Position numbers and translations under genes: made by a program | The notes under the pieces: generated by a model | Seen by the model: the letters and a program-made list of their open reading frames with translations, nothing else | Told to the model about the DNA's origin: nothing | Database searches by the model: none | Assembly: GCA_964513145.1 (NCBI GenBank) | Contig: CAZELK010000001.1 | Location: forward strand, 153,692-217,691 | Direction of reading: 5' to 3' | Origin: Candidatus Woesearchaeota archaeon | GTDB taxonomy: Archaea > Nanobdellota > Nanobdellia > SCGC-AAA011-G17 > JACPIM01 | DNA: 64,000 nucleotides | Part shown: positions 57,726-64,000 of the stretch, piece after piece | How positions within the stretch are numbered: the stretch's first letter is position 1 | How the letters are laid out: each line of letters opens with the position of its first letter

Positions 57726-60505
57726 TTAAACTTGCTCTTGATCTAACTTAAGTCCTTTTCTTTCCCTGATCTGTTTTATAATTTTTTGTTGTAATTCTGT
57801 TGGTAATTTCTCAAATATCTGGTCTACTAAAGACTGCTGTCCTCTTCCTGCAGTTGCCCCCCTTAATTCAGAAGCAATTCCAAACATTTCAGCTACAGGC
57901 ATTTTAGCCTTCATTACAGTATGGTCAAGCTCTTGTTCTATTTCTAATAATTGCCCCCTTTTATTCTGTACTAGTTTAGTTACTTCTCCCAGATATTGTG
58001 ATGGAGCTTCTAATTGTAAAATTTGTAAAGGTTCAAAAATAACTGGATTAGCCTGCATTATTGCCCCTTTAACAGATTCTCTAACAGCAGGCAATACTTG
58101 TGCAGGTCCCCTGTGAATTGCATCCTCATGTAATTTTGTATCCATTAAATAAACCTTCAATTTTGTGCATGGTTCTCTTGCCAATGGTCCTTCTTTCATA
58201 ACTTGTTCAAAACCATCCATTACTAATTCAATAACCTCTCCAATATGTACAACCCCCCTTGTCTGGTCAATCAATAAATTTCCTTTGAACACTTCTTTTA
58301 TTTTCCTTGCTTCTTTTGCATCATACCCATATTTTACAAAAATATCAACAATTTCTTGTTCTTTTTTCTTCATTCTTGATTCTTCAATTTCTCCCTCTTT
58401 TATTGCCTGATAAACATTATCCTCTAAAGGTTCAACAACTATGTAAAATTTATTATGTTTATTTGGAGATTTGCCTTCCATTTCAGGAGATTTCTTTAAG
58501 ACAGTTTCTCTAAATACAACTATTGGTGGTGATGTAATGACATCCAGACCTTTTTCTGTTCTTATTCTGTTTTCAATAACTTCTAAATGTAACTCACCCA
58601 TTCCAGAAATTAAGTTTTCTCCAGTTTCTTCATTAATCTCTATTGTTACTCCGGGATCTTCCTTATTTACTTGTTTTAATACTTCAATTAATCTTGGTAA
58701 GTCAGATGCTTTCTTTGCTTCAATAGATTTTGTGATTACTGGTTCAAAAATATGTTTTATAGCCTCAAAAGGCTGCATTGGGTTTGAAGAAACAGTTTCA
58801 CCTGCAAATACGTCCTTTAATCCAACTAAGCCAAGAACATTTCCAGCTATGCCTTCATCAATTTGTACCCTTTTGGCTCCATTGTAAACACTAATTTGCT
58901 GTAATCTTACTGTTCTTTTTGCACCATTTAAATAAACTTCTTGTCCGCCCCTTATTGTTCCTGAAAATAATCTTCCAGCAGCTATTTCTCCAGCATGCTT
59001 GTCAATAACAATTTTAGTGACTACAAAAACAGTAGGCCCATTTGGATCGCAATTAATCAAGGATTTTCCTTCAGTACTTTCAAAATCTCCGTGCCATAAT
59101 TTTGGAACCCTGTATTTCTGGGCTTCTTTTGGATTTGGATGATGTTTTATTGACATGTTTAAAATAATTCTGTGCAAAGGTGCAATCTTTGCAAGCTCTT
59201 CATGTTTTTCATTTAAGTAAGCGTCTATTACATTTTTAAAAGAAATATTGTTTGTCTGCATATAAGAAAAACTTAATGCCCATTTATGAATTGCTGAACC
59301 AAATGCAACAGATCCATCCTGGACATTAACTTGCCACTTTTCTTTAAATTCTTCTGGTGCTAGTCTGTAAATTAACTTATTTACATCACCTATAATTTTC
59401 AAGAATTTTTCCTGCATTTTTTCAGGAGTTAATTTTACTTCTCTTATTAATCTGTCAACTTTATTTATAAAAAGACATGGCTTGACTCTTTCTCTTAAAG
59501 CCTGTTTAATTACTGTTTCTGTTTGTGGCATTATCCCTTCAACAGAATCTACCAAAACTACTGTGCCATCAATAGCCCTCATAGCCCTGGTTACATCACC
59601 GCCAAAATCAACATGTCCTGGAGTGTCAATTAAATTAATTAAATATAATTTTCCATCTGTGCCTTTATGTACCATTGAAACATTTGCAGCATCAATTGTT
59701 ATCCCTCTTTCTTTTTCATCTTCATGAAAATCCAAAACGCAGGCTTTGCCTGCTAGTTCTTCAGAAATCATGCCTGCACCCAATAACAAATTATCTGAAA
59801 ATGTTGTATTTGAAATGAACATTCCTTCTGCTACAAAGTTATGGTTGTCCTTTACTGTAAAATCATAAACTACATCAGAAATATCTTTTTCAATAGAAAT
59901 TATTTCTATAAAATCTAGATCTGTATAATTAGTTTTAATTAAGGAAATTGTTCCATCAGAGTTTATTATTTCTTGAACTTCATCTTTACACACTTTAATT
60001 TTCTTTGGACAAATTACTTTATCATTTATTTTTAGTTTATATGCTTCTTTTTTTGTTATATTATTATTCTCAAAAATCAAATATTTATGTTCTGGTGTTG
60101 TTGAAATTGAATTATCATTCTTTAACTTTATTTTTATTAAATTTCCGCCTTTTAATTTCCAAGCTAATTCCACTGGCTTAATTTCTATTTTTCCTGTTTC
60201 TTTATTTAGGGAAGGAACTTTTAAATTTAAATTTCTTACATCATAAATTATTTGTTCTTCTTTCTCTTCAAACTTTATTCCTTTAGATTCAGCTAATTTA
60301 AATAATTCTTCCGCCTTAACTGCAGATCCATTATTTAAAGACAACCTTGAATTTGGATGTACGCACTTGCCATGCTCTTGTATAGTAACTTATAAATAAT
60401 AAATTACTAAAAATCAATATGCGCAGACGTACAGATATTTCTTATTTGCTCAGGTTTAGTCATTAAATCTTTGATAACTTTGACGAGTTCATCTTCTGAT
60501 GCCAT
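57726..60505 (-). CDS. fusA: Elongation factor 2; exons 60413-60505 and 57726-60374; 913-aa precursor, 727 aa after intein removal
   Basis: Exon 1 MASEDELVKVIKDLMTKPEQIRNICTSAHID (missed by the track); exon 2 HGK[intein]TTFSDNLL, ERGITI, DTPGH, NKVD, diphthamide loop EDAIHRG. Confidence 0.95.
59808..60365 (-). other. 186-aa mini-intein in the EF-2 P-loop
   Basis: CVHPNSRL start, TTPEHKY block B, VYDFTVKDNHNF..ISN|T end; no endonuclease motifs. Confidence 0.92.
60375..60412 (-). other. 38-nt putative BHB intron in fusA mRNA
   Basis: TTTTAGTAATTTATTATTTATAAGTTACTATACAAGAG between Asp GAT and His CAT; BHB geometry places both cuts exactly at the borders. Confidence 0.8.
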
Positions 60506-60516
60506 TAAATTTTATT

Positions 60517-60521
60517 CCTCC
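60517..60521 (-). promoter_or_regulatory. Shine-Dalgarno-like GGAGG upstream of fusA exon 1
   Basis: GGAGG 11 nt upstream of ATG 60505. Confidence 0.55.
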
Positions 60522-60550
60522 CAATTAATTTTAATTTTAATTTCTACTTT

Positions 60551-62209
60551 TTAAGCTTTTCTTTTTATCTTTAATTGCTTAGAATTCGCTTTTTTTACAT
60601 GTTTATGGTAAATAAAGTATAAAATAAAAACCAAAGCCACAAATGCATAAATTCCCATTGTTTTAATTTGCGTTACTTCTTTAACAGCCTGTGTTGTGAT
60701 TCCTTCCAATATTTCATCTTTATCTTTTTTTGTTTCTTCAGTTGATTTTGTATCAAATAATTTTATTACTTTTTGTTCTTGATTTTGCGGTACTATTTCA
60801 CTTGCTTTAACTTCTCTGTTCACCACTTGTGATGGTGCATTGTCAGAACCGCCCCTGCCAGAACTAGAACTTCCGCCTCCGCCGCCGGAAGAAGGACTGG
60901 TCACATCATTGGAATTTCCAAATATGCCATAAACACTGAAATGAGTTAAATTATAAAGTACATAATTTTCTTGAGTATCAACTACTGCATTCAATTCTTC
61001 CCAGGAATTTAAAGTTTCATTATAATAATAAAGCTTGATTGTAGATTCATTTATATTTGTTAATTCAGAATTACTATAATTAATCCTTAAGGTTGCTGAA
61101 TCAAAAGAAATGTTTTGTGACAATATCTCAACAGCCTTTACTTTCTCTTTATTTGAATAATTCAGATTAGAACTGACTAAATTAATGTTTGCATCAGATA
61201 AATTTGTGTTTGAAAATACATCTAAAGAGATCACACTATCTAAAAAAACTCTCCTTGTAAACGTCTGTGTCGAATTTGAAGAATTTATCTGGGTCTGGTT
61301 GCTCTGTGTTGCATTTGTCAGATTTTGTTCTTGTATTAGTTCAGTGTATAGTAAATATAAACTATTTAATACTGGTGTCTGAATTGTGTCTGAATTTAAA
61401 ACTGCCTTTATTTTTATTGTAGAAATATTTAAAGAAGAAATATTTTTATCAGATAAATTTATCCATGAAGAGCCTGAATTTAAAGAGTAAAAATAATCTA
61501 TTCTTTGATCATTTAAAGTGTGTGTATAATTTATATAATCAAATCTGCTTATATTTGTTGGGTTGATATTTTGTGTTTCTATTGAACTTGAACTTGGATA
61601 AGAAATTGTTGTAGTTGTGTTTGTAGTTGTTGTAAAATAAGTTGCATAAACATAATCAACTTTAATTTTTTCTTGTGTTGGAAAGATGCCAAAAGTATTT
61701 CTAGATGAATTTAAATTGGATAAAGTAAAATTAATCAATTTTGGGTTTCCGTCATAATTTGCAGTTGCATATGGGTCTGAACATAATGTTAAGGGATTGC
61801 AAATTTTTATAGATGTTGCCTTATTGTGTTTTACATAAACAGAAATAATGTCATAATTTTGTAAATTATTGCCAAAAGTTAAATCTAAAATCTCATCTTG
61901 TTCATCTTCTTCTATAGAAACATCACCATTTCCCAAAGAACTCACTTTAGATAGTTTATCATCTCCATCTTGGGTTGCTGCTGTTAATTGTAAGCTCGTC
62001 TGTGTTGTTGTGGCTGTCGTTTGTGTAGTTATAATCGGAATTAATTTGACTTCATTATCTGATAAATTAATTGCAGAAGAATTATATATATAATTTGAAG
62101 GGGTATGAATTACAAACCCTGTTGTTGATGGCTTTACAAATAATATAAAACCCAAGAATAGAACTATAGCTAATACTACTACAATAATCTCCTCTTTTTT
62201 TACATCCAT
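60551..62209 (-). CDS. Surface (S-layer-like) glycoprotein with N- and C-terminal TM segments
   Basis: Many N-x-S/T sequons, Thr-rich and Gly/Ser linkers, LTHFSVYGIF. Confidence 0.65.
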   Translation of the reverse strand: MDVKKEEIIVVVLAIVLFLGFILFVKPSTTGFVIHTPSNYIYNSSAINLSDNEVKLIPIITTQTTATTTQTSLQLTAATQDGDDKLSKVSSLGNGDVSIEEDEQDEILDLTFGNNLQNYDIISVYVKHNKATSIKICNPLTLCSDPYATANYDGNPKLINFTLSNLNSSRNTFGIFPTQEKIKVDYVYATYFTTTTNTTTTISYPSSSSIETQNINPTNISRFDYINYTHTLNDQRIDYFYSLNSGSSWINLSDKNISSLNISTIKIKAVLNSDTIQTPVLNSLYLLYTELIQEQNLTNATQSNQTQINSSNSTQTFTRRVFLDSVISLDVFSNTNLSDANINLVSSNLNYSNKEKVKAVEILSQNISFDSATLRINYSNSELTNINESTIKLYYYNETLNSWEELNAVVDTQENYVLYNLTHFSVYGIFGNSNDVTSPSSGGGGGSSSSGRGGSDNAPSQVVNREVKASEIVPQNQEQKVIKLFDTKSTEETKKDKDEILEGITTQAVKEVTQIKTMGIYAFVALVFILYFIYHKHVKKANSKQLKIKRKA

Positions 62210-62346
62210 TATAAATATTTAAGTTTATTATGGTTTAAATACATTTTTATATATTTAATAATATAAAGAGAAATTTCATATTTTCCAAGATTTAAGCAAT
62301 ATTTATATTGTCAAAAAGCATGGGTTGATAATAAAGGGGTGATATT

Positions 62347-62547
62347 ATGAAACAAAATTTAGGAAAAGTAGATAGAGTTTTGCGATTTCTTTTGGCTTTT
62401 TGGTGGCTGGGTCCTTTTGCTCCACAATATCAACCAACTGGAATAAACTGGGTTATTTTTATTGTAGGGTGGGTTGCTTTGATTGAGAGTTTTGCTTGTT
62501 GGTGTTTACTGCACGAATGGTTTAAAATAAATAATAAAAATCAATAA
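62347..62547 (+). CDS. DUF2892/YgaP-like membrane protein
   Basis: MKQNLGKVDRVLR, C.L....KIN. Confidence 0.75.
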   Translation: MKQNLGKVDRVLRFLLAFWWLGPFAPQYQPTGINWVIFIVGWVALIESFACWCLLHEWFKINNKNQ

Positions 62548-62560
62548 TTTAAGCTAAAAA

Positions 62561-62701
62561 ATGAAAGAAAAACTGAATGTTGTTCGTATTGCAAACAGTT
62601 TAGCAATAACTACTGGAATAATTTATCTCGTTTGTATATTGGCTGTATTAATTTCTCCCGGACTAACAGCAAATATCGGCAGTTATCTTTTGATAGTTTA
62701 G
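62561..62701 (+). pseudogene. Truncated DUF5676-like small membrane protein
   Basis: MKEKLNVVRIANSLAITTGIIYLVCILAVLISPGLTANIGSYLLIV*; the second helix is missing. Confidence 0.45.
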
Positions 62702-62863
62702 ATCTTCTGTAAATTTTTTAAAACTGACTCAGAAGATGTCATTGAAGATGGAAAAGTAGTTGGAGAGGGTTACAAGCTTATGAAAAAGTTTGTCTCTCTA
62801 ATTTATAACAAAAACTATAATTGAAAGATATAAAAAACTTCTTCATGACTTTTAGAAAATAAC

Positions 62864-63571
62864 TTATTTTTTATGCGTTTTACCATTTAAATTTAGTTTG
62901 TAATATTTAATATGTTCATAATAGCTTGACCATAATGCTCCAAATGTAATTGCAAACATAAGTTCTTCTATTGGAATGCCTAAAAATAAGATTCCGGAAA
63001 TTGCTTTTAAGTTCCATACTTGCTCCACAATACCTGGATAAACAAGAATAAATGTAAAGAAAAATAAAAAATATAAACCAAGAAATAGGACAGAACCCTT
63101 AAGTATTTTTTGAATTAAATCTGGTCTGCAGAGCATTGCTGCTATTGCACCCATAGCCATTGCCATGCTAGCAGAATAAATAATATTTAATGAAGTTAAA
63201 AAGTATAATGGGATAAAAGCAAGGAAAGGGGATAGTAAGGCAAGTAAATGAAATCTATGCCTTTTTTTATTCATTTCCTGTTTGCTCATTTTTAAGTGTT
63301 TCACTTTAAAAATAGTTTCATATAAAATAGCACCCATTCCTCCGATAGCAAAACTAAAAATCAGACTTTCTATGTCAAATCCTGTTATTGCTGCCAGATT
63401 AAACAATGATGGTGGGCTCCAGTATTCTGGAACAAATAAAGGTTCTGTTAACCCAACAGGAGCAGTAAGAATGCTTGACCAAAACATTTCCTTTCGAAGT
63501 TTTGGTTTGAATAAAAAAATGATGACCCAGATAACTAAAAAAATTAGTGAAAAAGTTAGCCAAGCATTCAT
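62864..63571 (-). CDS. Lycopene-cyclase-domain membrane protein
   Basis: Two repeats ending FDIESLIF and IPIEELMF. Confidence 0.7.
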   Translation of the reverse strand: MNAWLTFSLIFLVIWVIIFLFKPKLRKEMFWSSILTAPVGLTEPLFVPEYWSPPSLFNLAAITGFDIESLIFSFAIGGMGAILYETIFKVKHLKMSKQEMNKKRHRFHLLALLSPFLAFIPLYFLTSLNIIYSASMAMAMGAIAAMLCRPDLIQKILKGSVLFLGLYFLFFFTFILVYPGIVEQVWNLKAISGILFLGIPIEELMFAITFGALWSSYYEHIKYYKLNLNGKTHKK

Positions 63572-63590
63572 TTTCTTTTTCTACTGAGTT

Positions 63591-63890
63591 TTATTTGCAG
63601 TAATTTTCTAATGCAAAATTATGCAGCAAGGAAACTATTGTTCCACCTATAGCACCGCATAAAAATCCCCATACTAGTCCTATAAAGCTTCCACCAATAT
63701 TTGCAGCATAACCAGGATACAAAGTAGCAAGTATATTCAAAAATTCTGTGCTTACCCAGAAGAATTTTGCATCAGGAAAAACAGTCAGTATTAATCCTAG
63801 CAAAAAAACATAAGCCCCCCAGAATAGTCCAACACTTAAAGCTAAAGCTTTAGGATTTAAATATCCACAATTATGATTTTGGTTTTTCAT
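63591..63890 (-). CDS. Small membrane protein (holin-like/DUF5676-like annotation family)
   Basis: LNPKALAL..GLFWG, YPGY...GSFIGLVWGF. Confidence 0.55.
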   Translation of the reverse strand: MKNQNHNCGYLNPKALALSVGLFWGAYVFLLGLILTVFPDAKFFWVSTEFLNILATLYPGYAANIGGSFIGLVWGFLCGAIGGTIVSLLHNFALENYCK

Positions 63891-64000
63891 TTTTACACCT
63901 CTTTTTAACTAAAATAAGGTACTCTATAATATTTAAGTTTTTCTTTAAGAAGCTCTGGTGCATTCCTAATTTTTAAATAGATAGAGGCATAGCCTTCTAT

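Noticed and set aside
57726-60344. ORF-track start of EF-2 at TTG 60344
   Set aside because: It lies inside the intein and would delete the P-loop; the true start is ATG 60505, across the 38-nt insert.
62702-62737. 8-bp hairpin at the break of the DUF5676-like pseudogene, tested as another BHB mRNA intron
   Set aside because: No 4-bp central helix with two 3-nt bulges could be built, and removal does not restore a convincing hydrophobic C-terminus.

Overview
An AT-rich 64 kb segment of an archaeal chromosome, most likely DPANN (Woesearchaeota-like). The assignment is inferred from archaeal SecD/SecF, RNase P proteins, the proteasome-alpha/SBDS/exosome cluster, RpoK, uS2, deoxyhypusine synthase and an EF-2 with an ICTSAHIDHGK P-loop. 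The strongest novel signal is in the EF-2 gene (fusA, minus strand). Its P-loop is interrupted by a 38-nt, frame-breaking, stop-containing insert that folds into a bulge-helix-bulge (BHB) motif. The predicted cut sites excise exactly that insert and restore ...AHID|HGK, so this looks like a tRNA-endonuclease-type intron in an essential mRNA. A 186-aa mini-intein starts three codons further on. A tRNA-Gly(TCC) in the same window carries two BHB-type introns, one at a non-canonical position. Other highlights: a two-gene split homologue of the eukaryotic ribosomal prolyl hydroxylase OGFOD1/Tpa1; two converging tRNA-anchored, integrase-less mini-islands of intact and broken toxin-antitoxin modules; an intein in the PINA ATPase; a coupled nucleotidyltransferase/GT2/PLP-decarboxylase/TIM-barrel/GT operon of unknown product; a PyrE-PyrF fusion; a degenerate enolase; a TnpB remnant whose end overlaps the uS2 stop codon; and tandem paralogues sharing an 83-bp identical 5' block. 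All family assignments come from motif recognition by eye; no database search was run.
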